Of a stretch of 48,814 nucleotides of DNA, positions 26,821 through 37,161 are shown piece by piece. The stretch comes from an uncultured bacterium (lineage in GTDB: Bacteria; Lernaellota; Lernaellaia; Lernaellales; Lernaellaceae), in the NCBI GenBank assembly GCA_964534375.1, contig CAZHPN010000020.1, forward strand, positions 1 through 48,814. Direction: 5' to 3'. The translations under genes were made by a program, and so were the position numbers. Position 1 is the first letter of the stretch; the number at the start of each line of letters is the position of its first letter. The notes under the pieces were generated by a model. The model was not told the origin of the DNA, did not search any database, and saw nothing but the letters and a program-made list of their open reading frames with translations.

Positions 26821-28116
26821 CTGTTTTCCGAGCGCCGCTTTCAGCGACGCCGCCGCGGCGGCGGTGTCGCTCGCCGCTTGGGCCGCGCCCAGGCGGACAT
26901 CGTTGTCGTTGCGTTCCGCCGACAGCAGATCGAGCAGCGAGGCGTTGCCCTTTTCATAGGCGTACGCCACGGCGAGCCGGACCTGCGCCGACCGTTGTCG
27001 AATTGAATCGCGATAGGCCCGCCAACGTAATTTGGCCGCCCGATACGCCGCCCGCGCCGTCAGCACGTCGGCGGCGATTTGCGCTTGCGTCTTCTCGACG
27101 GCGAGGCGCGCCTGCTCACTCGCGGCGGCGGCGGTGTGGACCGCGCCGAGGTTGAAATTCCAAAAAGGCAACGGCAGGCTCAGGCCGAAGCCGACCGTGT
27201 TCGGCTGCGCGGGCGGCTCGCGTTCGTACTGCGCGCTGATCGTCAAATCGGGAATCGCCATCGCCTTTTGCGAGCGGACATCCGCTTCGGCTTTTCGTTG
27301 CGCCGTTTGGGCCGCGACCAGGTCCGGACGCGGCCCCGCCGGCTCCTGCCCCTCGCCCGCCTCGACCTCCGCCAAGGCGTCCAGAGTTTCGACCGCCTTC
27401 CATTGGCCCGTCGGTTGCGAAATGCCTAGCAACGTCTCCAAGGCGATCCGCGCCGAAACGGCGGCCACCGCGGCAGTGTCCGCGTCGAGGTCGAAGCGTT
27501 CCGCCGCGATTTCAATCTGAATTTTGTCGGTGACCGAAATGTCGCCGGCCTTCAGCCGAACCGCCGCGATCTCGGCCTCTTTGCGCAAGGTCGCAGCCGA
27601 CGCTTTCAGAATCCGCACGTTCTCCTCGGCCTGCACCGCCGCAACGTAACCGTTGGCGACGTTCAGATTGAGCAGCCGTTTGGCGTCGAGAAAGCGCGCG
27701 CGGGCGCTTTGCAGCCCCGCCGCCGCAGAATCCTGCCGGTGGCCGCGCTTGCCCAATTCGAAAAACTCGCTCACCCCGGCGGTAGTGTCGTAATTGCGCT
27801 CGAAAAAGCCGTTCCCCATCGTGGTCCGGCTCGTTCGATCGACATTAATCAGGGTTTCCGAGAGATTCAGCGTCGGATTCGGAAACTCGCGGGAGGTTTC
27901 GTCGACGCCCTTCGCCGCGTCCACATCGCCGCCGGCGGTGAGCAAATCCCAGTTGTTCTGCACGGCGAGGCGCTGCGCCTCGGCCAGCGACAGCGTCGCC
28001 GGCGCAGCGGTCGAGTCTGCAGCGCCGGTGACAGCCGGAACCGCGACGCCCCACAACGCCGCAATTAATCCGGACAACGCCCAAGCAAAGGTTGGCCCAA
28101 GCCAAAGCTTCTGCAT
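26818..28116 (-). CDS. czcC: TolC-family outer-membrane efflux protein (CzcC-like)
   Basis: AAGGAG RBS; LSLAEA..AVQNN, PNPTL, RPDL, LSLPLPFWNFNLG, AYEKGNASLLDLL OEP motifs. Confidence 0.9.
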   Translation of the reverse strand: MQKLWLGPTFAWALSGLIAALWGVAVPAVTGAADSTAAPATLSLAEAQRLAVQNNWDLLTAGGDVDAAKGVDETSREFPNPTLNLSETLINVDRTSRTTMGNGFFERNYDTTAGVSEFFELGKRGHRQDSAAAGLQSARARFLDAKRLLNLNVANGYVAAVQAEENVRILKASAATLRKEAEIAAVRLKAGDISVTDKIQIEIAAERFDLDADTAAVAAVSARIALETLLGISQPTGQWKAVETLDALAEVEAGEGQEPAGPRPDLVAAQTAQRKAEADVRSQKAMAIPDLTISAQYEREPPAQPNTVGFGLSLPLPFWNFNLGAVHTAAAASEQARLAVEKTQAQIAADVLTARAAYRAAKLRWRAYRDSIRQRSAQVRLAVAYAYEKGNASLLDLLSAERNDNDVRLGAAQAASDTAAAAASLKAALGKQ

Positions 28117-28297
28117 CGAAGGCTCCTTTACGCAACCCGATCGGCGGCAACTTACGCCGCGCACAAGCCGTTCGTTTATGATTTCGCTCGCCGCGAACAT
28201 TCGCGGGCCGCTTTGTCAGTCTTGTCGGGACTGCAATCTGGACGCCGCGCCGCGACAGGATCGTTGGCGAATGTTGACGACGGCGACGGTAAGGAGG

Positions 28298-28660
28298 CTA
28301 GGCAGACGTCGGTGGGGAGTTCTTCGGGGCCAGAGCCAAGGTCAGTTTGTGATCGAATGGTGCAGATGCAGGTTGCGGCGAATTCACCGTCAAGAGGACG
28401 GCAACCAGGGCCGCGATTGCCGCCGCCAGCACCCACATGCGGGTTTGATTCAAAAATGTCGCGTATATCTCGCAGGTCTCGCGGTCGACTGCTCGGAGGC
28501 CGCGCGACCCATCAGGAATCGGCGCCGCGCCTGGTCGCGGGTGTTCCCACTCGCCCGTGGCGCCGTTGTAGAAATGCGGAATGAGGGCCATGTGCAGCAA
28601 CGCGAGCAACGGCCCGGCAATCAGGAGGAATACGATAATTTTCGCGATACGTTGCTTCAT
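28298..28660 (-). CDS. Putative metal-sensing leader protein, copy 3 (120 aa, ends APKNSPPTSA)
   Basis: GAGG RBS; same length (363 nt) and colinear with copy 2. Confidence 0.85.
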   Translation of the reverse strand: MKQRIAKIIVFLLIAGPLLALLHMALIPHFYNGATGEWEHPRPGAAPIPDGSRGLRAVDRETCEIYATFLNQTRMWVLAAAIAALVAVLLTVNSPQPASAPFDHKLTLALAPKNSPPTSA

Positions 28661-28685
28661 TGCCTCAATTCCAACGCTTAATTTC

Positions 28686-28714
28686 AACCTACACCTGCGC
28701 GGCTCCGATGTCAA
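28686..28714 (-). promoter_or_regulatory. sigma70 promoter of leader copy 3 and the czcCBA operon
   Basis: TTGACA-17 nt-TAGGTT. Confidence 0.6.
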
Positions 28715-28802
28715 AACCGATTTTTTGTCCGGCGCATGGCGACGCGGCGAACCCGCGCAGCGCCGCTGCCTGCTGCGTCCCGCTCGTCGCCCCGCCGCGC
28801 TT

Positions 28803-29282
28803 TCAACGGCCCTCGGCGTCGCCGAATCGCCGCCGCAATTGGCGGTGGCGGTTGGCAAACACCTTGCCGATGAACCACTTCACGACCGGGCCGAACCCGG
28901 ACAGGCGCGGCCGGAAACGCACGCGGTCGCTCAGCCGGCAACCGCCGGCGAGCGTCGGTTCGAGCGAGCGCTCGTGCCGCCAATAAGCTTGGGACCATGA
29001 CGTCGATTCTTCGAGAAAACCGCGGCCCGGGTCGATGCGCGTCAACTGCAAGCTGTGGCGATCGATGGGCAGCCACCGCAGAAGCAGCACCCAACTGCGA
29101 AACAAGACGACGCCCGTTTCCGCGTCGGCCACGCTTTTGTCGTCTGCCTCGGCCGGGCAGGTCATCCGCATCAGCGGCGACAGTTCGTCATTCACGCCGC
29201 GCCACGTCGTGATGACGCGCCACACGTCGGCCGGCGCCGCCGTGAGCGTCGAATCGAACGCCAACGACCATTCCTTATTCAT
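28803..29282 (-). CDS. SRPBCC/START-like domain protein
   Basis: STLTAAPADVW N-terminus; YWRHERSLEP..GGCRLSDRV; C-terminal helix VFANRHRQL. Confidence 0.7.
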   Translation of the reverse strand: MNKEWSLAFDSTLTAAPADVWRVITTWRGVNDELSPLMRMTCPAEADDKSVADAETGVVLFRSWVLLLRWLPIDRHSLQLTRIDPGRGFLEESTSWSQAYWRHERSLEPTLAGGCRLSDRVRFRPRLSGFGPVVKWFIGKVFANRHRQLRRRFGDAEGR

Positions 29283-29321
29283 CGAAATTACCCAGCCGAT
29301 CGCGCGGTCAAAGCCGGTGCG

Positions 29322-30164
29322 TCAGAAGACATACGTAAAAGCGAGACCGCCGGTGGCCTGGACGCGATTCTGCGGCACGGACACGTTGGCGAGGCTCGTC
29401 GGTTGGCTTACCGTCAAGGGCAGAACCGCGCCGACGTTGAGCCGCGTGGAAAAACCCTTCGTGATCACGAAACGCACGGTCGGACCAATATCCAGCTTGG
29501 CGCCGCCGTCGGCTTCGTCCGTTTCCCAGAAGCCTTCCATGTCGTCGAGTTCCGCCTCGCCGCCCAGCCGCACCCAATCGGTGAGGGCGTAGGACGCGGC
29601 GACGGTCATAATCCAATCGACATCGTCGTAGCGCAACGCCGGCTGCCCGTTCGGCGTGGCCCTGCTCACGCTCACCGGTATTTGGGCCAACGCCGTGAAC
29701 GCCGCGTTGAAGCCGCCCCACGAACGGTCGAGGGTCACGTGCACGCGCGGGATCGAGGTCTGATTGTAATCTTGCAAATACCCCAGGCCCAAAGAGAGAT
29801 TCACGGCCTGGCCGTCCTGATTCAGCAGGCGCGCATACACGTCGCCCGCGAAGGAGTAATTTTGCTTGATGGAGCTTTCGGCGGCGTTCTTGTTCGACGT
29901 GGGAATCGCCGCGGCGCCCCAGAGATCGACCGAAAGCCAACTGGTCCCGGCGACGCGAAACGCCAGGGCCTGTTCCATCGCATTATTGCCGAGCAATCTC
30001 GTATCGCGCGTGCCGTAGTCGGTTTCGGTTTCGAAATTGAGATCGCCGCGCACGGCGAACCAGTTGCCGGTCTGGAAAAGATAGTAGGCGTCGTCGGCGG
30101 CGCCGGCCAACAGGGGAAAACAAAGGCAAAGTCCGGCCCATAGCAGGCCGCGGAAATATCTCAT
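29322..30164 (-). CDS. Putative outer-membrane beta-barrel protein
   Basis: AAGGAG RBS; signal peptide; alternating amphipathic strands; ends LAFTYVF. Confidence 0.7.
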   Translation of the reverse strand: MRYFRGLLWAGLCLCFPLLAGAADDAYYLFQTGNWFAVRGDLNFETETDYGTRDTRLLGNNAMEQALAFRVAGTSWLSVDLWGAAAIPTSNKNAAESSIKQNYSFAGDVYARLLNQDGQAVNLSLGLGYLQDYNQTSIPRVHVTLDRSWGGFNAAFTALAQIPVSVSRATPNGQPALRYDDVDWIMTVAASYALTDWVRLGGEAELDDMEGFWETDEADGGAKLDIGPTVRFVITKGFSTRLNVGAVLPLTVSQPTSLANVSVPQNRVQATGGLAFTYVF

Positions 30165-30365
30165 GTTTCGCGCTCCTTGTCGGTGTCGAGCCTGGTCGCC
30201 GCCAAACCGGCTCGGCGTGTCGATGATGACAGAAGCCGGGCGAAAGTCAACGATGCCGCCTTTATTAGCGCAAAACTCACGCGGTGGCTGATCAAAACTG
30301 ACGCGCGGAAATGCGTCGTGTTTCGCGCTCGGCCAAGAGAAGGCTGCGGGAGCGGCGGCGGCGTC

Positions 30366-30956
30366 TTACGCGTCCGGCGAGGCGTCGTCATCCGTCGGCG
30401 ACGCGTCGTCGTCGGTCGGCGAAACGTCGTCGTCGTCATCCGTCGGCTGGCATGCCTTGGCTTGCGCGCGCTGCGCGTAGGGATAGAAATTGTAGCTCGG
30501 CCACAGGGCCGCAATGCGATTGTACTGAGCCTCGGGAATCGGCTCGACGCCTTCCGGCGGACACGGTCCCTGGTGATCGTTCACATCCATGGTAATCGTC
30601 TCGACCTGACCGGGATCGATTTCCTGAGGGTCGGCGCTGGCAATGGGCACGCAATTCACAGGGTTGCACGTCGGATCGGCCCACGCCGCGACCATGAGGA
30701 CGTAATCGGAACCGGCGTCCACCGTCTTCTTGGCGCTGGTCGCGCCGAGCGCGATTTCGCCAAACTGCGTGCCCAGGTAATACGATTGGCAGATCGTCCA
30801 CGGCGGCGAGAAGTCGAAAGCCGTGCTGTTGAAGTCGTTGAAGATTGCGGCGGTCGCTTTGTCGCTGCTGATCGAGCTGTTCCCGCAGGCGAAAAAGAGA
30901 AACGCCAATGGCGTCATCAACGCCAACGCCGCAATTCCGGTCGCCCAGTGCTTCAT
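30366..30956 (-). CDS. Cys-containing lipoprotein with Asp-rich (DDDASPT) tail
   Basis: AAGGGAG RBS; lipobox-like FFAC; tail repeats. Confidence 0.75.
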   Translation of the reverse strand: MKHWATGIAALALMTPLAFLFFACGNSSISSDKATAAIFNDFNSTAFDFSPPWTICQSYYLGTQFGEIALGATSAKKTVDAGSDYVLMVAAWADPTCNPVNCVPIASADPQEIDPGQVETITMDVNDHQGPCPPEGVEPIPEAQYNRIAALWPSYNFYPYAQRAQAKACQPTDDDDDVSPTDDDASPTDDDASPDA

Positions 30957-31273
30957 TTCGGAAACTCCCTTCGACCATGCGTGGTAACACGATTGCAAAA
31001 CGCATAACACGGATGACTCGCTGACGCAAGCGGAAAACAACGGGCCATGGCGAATTCGTCAGCCAAACGATGGGTGGATGGGGCAAATAATAGGACGCGC
31101 CATCCGCCGCTGCGAGATCATCCGGGAATCGTCAGGCGTGCGACCGTCGAAGGACTGCTTGCGCCTGGCGGGTGGCGTGGCCAAAATGAGCGCGCCGAAC
31201 GCTGAGATGCAGATACGTTGTTTTGACCGTGGTAAGAAAGGCCGCGCCCGATGATGAAACGCGTTGAGCCGAA

Positions 31274-32197
31274 ATGAGAGCCGACCAGGCAAGCCGCACC
31301 GCCGAGTACGCCGCCGCTTTTCGGGCGCTGGAAAACGCTCGGCGTCCGGCAGGGGCGCGATTGTTCGAAGACCCTTTTGCCGTGCAATTTCTCGGGCCGT
31401 CATTGCAGCGCATCGCCCGCTGGGCGGCCCTGCCGTTCGCCGGCGCGCTGGTGCGCGGGTACGTGGACCGTCGCTGGCCGGGCGCGATGACTTCGGGCAT
31501 CGCGCGCACCCGCCTGATCGACGAGCTCCTGCTCGCGGGCGTCCGCGATGGCATCCGGCAGGTGGTCATCCTGGGCGCGGGCTTCGACTGCCGGGCTTAC
31601 CGTCTGCCGGAACTCGCCGGCTGCCGGGTCGTCGAGGTGGATCATCCGGCCACGCAGGCGCGAAAACGGGAACGGTTGGCGACGCTTCTGGACACGACGC
31701 CCGATCATGTTTCCTTCGTCGCCGCCGATCTGACGCGGCAGGACCTGCGTAGCGTCCTGCATATGGCTCGCCTCGAACGCGACGAGCGCGCGTTCGTCCT
31801 GTGGGAGGGCGTGACCCACTACCTGGGCGAGACCGCCGTAGACGCCACCCTGCTCGCCCTGGCCGCCGCCACGGCGCCCGGCAGCCGCCTGGTCTTCACG
31901 TATCTCCACGGCGGGCTGTTGGACGGCACGGTGGACTTCGACGGCTCGCGCGCTTCAAAAGAGCAGGTCGCCGGCGATGGCGAGCCGTGGATCTGGGGGA
32001 TGGACCCGGGGCAGATGCCGGCGTTTCTGGCCGCGCGCGGGCATCGCCTGCTGGAAGACACCGGCGCCAACGAGTTTCGCGCGCGCTATTGGGGCGCGCG
32101 CGGCCGGCGGATGCGCGGCTTCGCTTTCTACCGGGTCGCCCTGGCGGAGAACATCGCCGGCGGGCCGGTCGCGCAGAGCACTTCGCCGCCGGCGTAG
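31274..32197 (+). CDS. SAM-dependent methyltransferase (LCM/Ppm1, TIGR00027-like)
   Basis: SRTA..AA.RA, RTRLID, QVVILGAGFDCR, EVDHP, LWEGVTHYL motifs. Confidence 0.9.
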   Translation: MRADQASRTAEYAAAFRALENARRPAGARLFEDPFAVQFLGPSLQRIARWAALPFAGALVRGYVDRRWPGAMTSGIARTRLIDELLLAGVRDGIRQVVILGAGFDCRAYRLPELAGCRVVEVDHPATQARKRERLATLLDTTPDHVSFVAADLTRQDLRSVLHMARLERDERAFVLWEGVTHYLGETAVDATLLALAAATAPGSRLVFTYLHGGLLDGTVDFDGSRASKEQVAGDGEPWIWGMDPGQMPAFLAARGHRLLEDTGANEFRARYWGARGRRMRGFAFYRVALAENIAGGPVAQSTSPPA

Positions 32198-32207
32198 GCG
32201 TTGCGTT

Positions 32208-32813
32208 CTATTCCGCCAGCAACTGATCGACCATCGCGAAAAAGTGGCGGTCGTTGTAGTCGCGCGGGCCGACGAACCATTTGCGCACGACGCCTTTTTT
32301 GTCGATCAGGAAGGTCGTGGGGAAGCCGCTGATGTTGTACGCGGTTGCGACTTTGCGGTCGCGGTCGTGGAAGACGGGGAACGCCAGCGGCGTAGCGGCT
32401 GTTTTCCGGTTGTAGTCGGCGAGAAAATCGCGCACCGATTTGTCGTCGGATTCGTCCACCGACACCGCCATGACTTTGAAGTCGGGGTTGCCCTCGTACT
32501 TCCGATACAGTCCCTGGATCGAGGGCAATTCGTCAAGGCACGGGCGGCACCACGTGGCCCAGAAATTCAGGAAGACGACCTTGCCCTTGAGGTCGGCGGT
32601 CGCGATGACGGCGCCGTCGAGGCCGGTCATCTGCACCGCGGGGGCCGGCATGTTGAGCGTGGAAAGGCCCGCACCGCCGCAGCCGGCGCCGTTGCCGAGC
32701 ACCGCGCGGAGCATGAACATGGCGAGCACGAGGAACATCAGGAAGAAGAGGCGGAAGTCCCCGTACCACGGTTTGATTTTCTTCTCGGCGCTTTCGCCAG
32801 CGATTTGATCCAT
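32208..32813 (-). CDS. TlpA/ResA-family thiol-disulfide oxidoreductase
   Basis: TM anchor; [26 protein letters not shown]. Confidence 0.9.
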   Translation of the reverse strand: MDQIAGESAEKKIKPWYGDFRLFFLMFLVLAMFMLRAVLGNGAGCGGAGLSTLNMPAPAVQMTGLDGAVIATADLKGKVVFLNFWATWCRPCLDELPSIQGLYRKYEGNPDFKVMAVSVDESDDKSVRDFLADYNRKTAATPLAFPVFHDRDRKVATAYNISGFPTTFLIDKKGVVRKWFVGPRDYNDRHFFAMVDQLLAE

Positions 32814-32916
32814 CGAACGATCCCTCAAAAAACGAACGAGGCAGGAAGTCGTTTCTTCCTGCCCCGCCATTCTACTCGATTTGCCGCGGCGCGATAAGAG
32901 CGCAGCGCGCGGCGAG

Positions 32917-33510
32917 CTACGGTTGTTTCGGCTCCTCGGGCGTCGGCTCCTCGGCGGCCGGCGGCGTTTCGACCGGCACGGTCTCGTCCGGCGCCGCGGG
33001 GGCTGGTTCCTCGGCCGGGGCCGGCGCCGCTTTTTCGGCTTCGGCCTTGACCTTGGGCTTGCCGCGTCGTTTGGCGGCCGATTTCTTGCTCTTTTCGGCC
33101 ACTTCTTCGTCGGCGGCGAGGAATTCGATAAAGCTGACGCGGGCGCCGTCGCCGATGCGGTCGCCGACTTTGATGATCCGCGTGTAGCCGCCGGAGCGAT
33201 CGGCGAAACGGGCCGCGAGTTCGTCGAACAATTTGGTCACGGCGTCTTTGTCGCGCACGAAGGCCAACGCCTGGCGCCGCAGATGCAGCTTGCGCGCGGC
33301 GATGGAGGTGTCGGCGGCGTTCTCGCCGAGGGCGCGGGCGCGTTTGGCGATCGTCACCATTTTTTCGACGTAGTGACGGAGTTCTTTCGCCTTTTCGTTC
33401 GTCGTCTTGATCCGCTCGTGGACGATCAGACTGGTGGTCATGTTCCGCCACATGGCGTAGCGGTGCGTCGAGTTGCGGTTGAATTTTCTTCCGGTTTTCA
33501 GATGGCGCAT
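32917..33510 (-). CDS. rplQ: 50S ribosomal protein L17 with C-terminal extension
   Basis: [26 protein letters not shown]. Confidence 0.97.
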   Translation of the reverse strand: MRHLKTGRKFNRNSTHRYAMWRNMTTSLIVHERIKTTNEKAKELRHYVEKMVTIAKRARALGENAADTSIAARKLHLRRQALAFVRDKDAVTKLFDELAARFADRSGGYTRIIKVGDRIGDGARVSFIEFLAADEEVAEKSKKSAAKRRGKPKVKAEAEKAAPAPAEEPAPAAPDETVPVETPPAAEEPTPEEPKQP

Positions 33511-33551
33511 CGTTCTTCCCTTCTAACTCCCGACTTCGTTCTCCCGGCTGC

Positions 33552-34547
<996 letters not shown>

Positions 34548-34587
34548 CGTTCAACTCCCTTTCCGGTCGGCTCGTTCGGTCGCCGTG

Positions 34588-35217
34588 TTACTTCGAATAC
34601 AACTCGACGATCAACTTCTCGTTGATCGTGCCGCCAATCTCTTCGCGGGTCGGATTGGATTTCACCTCGCCTTCGAGCTTGTCGGGGCGGATTTCCAACC
34701 AGGGCGGCGTCTGGCGGCGGCCCATGGCCTCGACCGCCTCGACAATCAACGGAACTTTCCGGCTCTGCTCGCGCACCGCGACGGTCTGGCCGGGTTTGAC
34801 GATGGCGCTGGGCACGTTGGTCTTGCGGCCATTGATGGCGAAATGGCCGTGTCGCACCATCTGCCGCGCCTGCCGCCGGCTCGCGGCGAAACCCATGCGG
34901 AAGACGACGTTGTCCAGGCGGCGTTCGAGCAACGACAGCAGGTTGTCGCCCGTGACGCCCTGCATGCGCTCGGCCTTGGCGAAGTAGCCGCGGAATTGCC
35001 GCTCCAGAATGCCGTAGTAGCGCTTCGCTTTTTGTTTCGCGCGAAGCTGGGCGCCGTAATCGCTCGACTTGCCGCGCCGCTGCCAATGCTGGCCTGGGAT
35101 TTGTTCCTTGCGGCGTTCAAAGGCGCACTTGTCGGTGAAACAGCGATCGCCCTTCAAAAACAGTTTCTCGCCTTCGCGGCGGCAATATCTGCAAACAGGT
35201 CCGGTATACTTTGCCAA
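34588..35217 (-). CDS. rpsD: 30S ribosomal protein S4 (Zn-binding form)
   Basis: TTG start; CRYCRRE..C....[18 protein letters not shown]. Confidence 0.98.
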   Translation of the reverse strand: MAKYTGPVCRYCRREGEKLFLKGDRCFTDKCAFERRKEQIPGQHWQRRGKSSDYGAQLRAKQKAKRYYGILERQFRGYFAKAERMQGVTGDNLLSLLERRLDNVVFRMGFAASRRQARQMVRHGHFAINGRKTNVPSAIVKPGQTVAVREQSRKVPLIVEAVEAMGRRQTPPWLEIRPDKLEGEVKSNPTREEIGGTINEKLIVELYSK

Positions 35218-35229
35218 TGTCCGTCCTCC

Positions 35230-35619
35230 TTAGACGCGCCGCCGCTTCGGCGGCCGGCAACCATTGTGCGGAATCGGGGTCTCGTCGCGGATCATCGTGA
35301 TCTTGAAGCCGCAGGCCAGCAGGCTGCGCAGCGCGGCTTCGCGGCCCGGCCCGGGCCCCTTCACGAGGATCGACAACTGCTGGACGCCATGTTCGCCGGC
35401 TTTGCGCGCGGCGTCTTCGGCGGCGAGCTGGGCGGCGAACGGCGTGCCTTTGCGGCTGCCCTTGAAGCCCTGCGTGCCGCTGCTGGACCAGCACAGGGTG
35501 TTGCCGGACGCATCGCTGATCGTCACGATCGTGTTGTTGAACGTGCTCTTAATATGGGCCACGGCCTGCGGCACGTTCTTCTTGATCTTCTTTTTAGCAC
35601 CGCGCTTGGGGGATGCCAT
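35230..35619 (-). CDS. rpsK: 30S ribosomal protein S11
   Basis: [24 protein letters not shown]. Confidence 0.98.
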   Translation of the reverse strand: MASPKRGAKKKIKKNVPQAVAHIKSTFNNTIVTISDASGNTLCWSSSGTQGFKGSRKGTPFAAQLAAEDAARKAGEHGVQQLSILVKGPGPGREAALRSLLACGFKITMIRDETPIPHNGCRPPKRRRV

Positions 35620-35637
35620 CGATTACCCTCCCGTTCC

Positions 35638-36003
35638 TTACTTTTTCCGGCCCATCGTCCGGCGCGGCCCTTTGCGCGTCCGAGCGTTGGTGTGGGTGCG
35701 CTGGCCGCGCACGGGCAGACCGCGGCGATGGCGCAGCCCACGATAGGCGCCCAGGTCCATCAGCCGTTTGATGTTCATCTGCGTTTCTTTGCGCAGATCG
35801 CCTTCGACCTTGACCTTCGCGTCGATGATCTGGCGGATGCGCGCGACCTGGCCGTCCGTCAACTTGGCGGCGCGGACCGACTGGTCGATCCCCGCTTCCT
35901 CCAGAATCTTCTGGCTCGTCGTGCGGCCGATTCCGTAGATGTAGGTGAGCGCGATCACGATCCGTTTGTCGTTCGGAATGTCGACGCCTGCTATACGTGG
36001 CAC
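35638..36003 (-). CDS. rpsM: 30S ribosomal protein S13
   Basis: [22 protein letters not shown]. Confidence 0.98.
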   Translation of the reverse strand: MPRIAGVDIPNDKRIVIALTYIYGIGRTTSQKILEEAGIDQSVRAAKLTDGQVARIRQIIDAKVKVEGDLRKETQMNIKRLMDLGAYRGLRHRRGLPVRGQRTHTNARTRKGPRRTMGRKK

Positions 36004-36016
36004 TGGCTGCCTCCTT

Positions 36017-36130
36017 CTATCCTTGGCGCTGCTTGTGCTTGGGGTTTTCGCAAATGATCCGCACCACGCCCTTGCGCCGGATCACCTTGCACTTGTTGCA
36101 ACGCTTTTTCACCGATGCTTGCACTTTCAT
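36017..36130 (-). CDS. rpmJ: 50S ribosomal protein L36 (Zn ribbon); absent from the ORF track
   Basis: Manual translation [45 protein letters not shown]. Confidence 0.97.
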   Translation of the reverse strand: MKVQASVKKRCNKCKVIRRKGVVRIICENPKHKQRQG

Positions 36131-36166
36131 ACTCGCTCCTTAACCCAACGAATCAGATATCAAACG

Positions 36167-36385
36167 TCACTTCGCCCGATAGGTAATCCGGCCGCGCGTC
36201 AAATCGTACGGGGAAAGCTCCACCGTCACCTTGTCGCCCGGCAGGATCTTGATGTAATGCATGCGCATCTTGCCGGAGATGTGCGCCAGCACTTGGTGGC
36301 CGCTGTCCAACTGCACGCGAAACATCGCGTTGGGCAACGGTTCGATCACCCGGCCTTCCACCTCGATCGCCCCTTCTTTCGCCAT
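36167..36385 (-). CDS. infA: Translation initiation factor IF-1
   Basis: [25 protein letters not shown]. Confidence 0.98.
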   Translation of the reverse strand: MAKEGAIEVEGRVIEPLPNAMFRVQLDSGHQVLAHISGKMRMHYIKILPGDKVTVELSPYDLTRGRITYRAK

Positions 36386-36396
36386 TTGCTTCCTTC

Positions 36397-37161
36397 TCAG
36401 CCCACTTGGGACAAAATTTCGGGCCCGTCTTCGGCGATGAAGATCGAATGCTCAAAGTGGGCCGCGAGACTGCCGTCCGCCGTCACCGCCGTCCACCCGT
36501 CATCCAGAATGTCGATCGCCCAATTCCCGGCGGCGACCATCGGCTCCAGCGCCAGCGCCATGCCCGCCCGCAGCCGCACGCCCTGCCCCGGATTGCCGAA
36601 GTTGGGCACCTGCGGCCCCTCGTGCGGCGCGGCTCCGACGCCGTGCCCCACCAGGTCGCGGATCACCGAAAAACCCGCCGCCTCCGCGTGCCGTTGCACC
36701 GCCGCCGAAATATCGCCGATCCGGTTGCCCGGCCGCGCCTGCGCGATCGCCAAATACAGCGATTCCTCGGTCGTGCGCATCAGCCGTTCCGCGAGTTCGC
36801 TCATCGGGCCGATCCCGAAGCTCAACGCGGCGTCGCCGTACATGCCCTCGTACACGACCCCGAAATCGATGCTCACGAGGTCGCCTTCGCGCAAGAGACG
36901 CCGCGCCGAAGGGATGCCGTGCACCACTTCCTCGTTCAGGGAGATGCACAGGCTTTTCGGAAAGCCGTACAACCCCAGGAACGCCGGCCGCACCTTGCGC
37001 TGCTTGCACAGGTCCTGCGCCATGCGGTCCAGGTCCAGCGTGGACATGCCGACCGCGGCGACCTCGCGCAACGTCGCGAGAATCTCGGCGACGTGGCGAT
37101 TGGCCCGGCGGAGGCGCTCGACTTGCTCGGGCGTCTTCAGATTGATGACACTGCTATTCAA
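36397..37161 (-). CDS. map: Type I methionine aminopeptidase
   Basis: [23 protein letters not shown]; exact start uncertain. Confidence 0.95.
   Translation of the reverse strand: MNSSVINLKTPEQVERLRRANRHVAEILATLREVAAVGMSTLDLDRMAQDLCKQRKVRPAFLGLYGFPKSLCISLNEEVVHGIPSARRLLREGDLVSIDFGVVYEGMYGDAALSFGIGPMSELAERLMRTTEESLYLAIAQARPGNRIGDISAAVQRHAEAAGFSVIRDLVGHGVGAAPHEGPQVPNFGNPGQGVRLRAGMALALEPMVAAGNWAIDILDDGWTAVTADGSLAAHFEHSIFIAEDGPEILSQVG

Noticed and set aside
20760..28760. Fur/Zur-type operator palindromes at the metal operon promoters
   Set aside because: No convincing AT-rich inverted repeat was found by eye; a position-weight-matrix scan is needed to exclude one.
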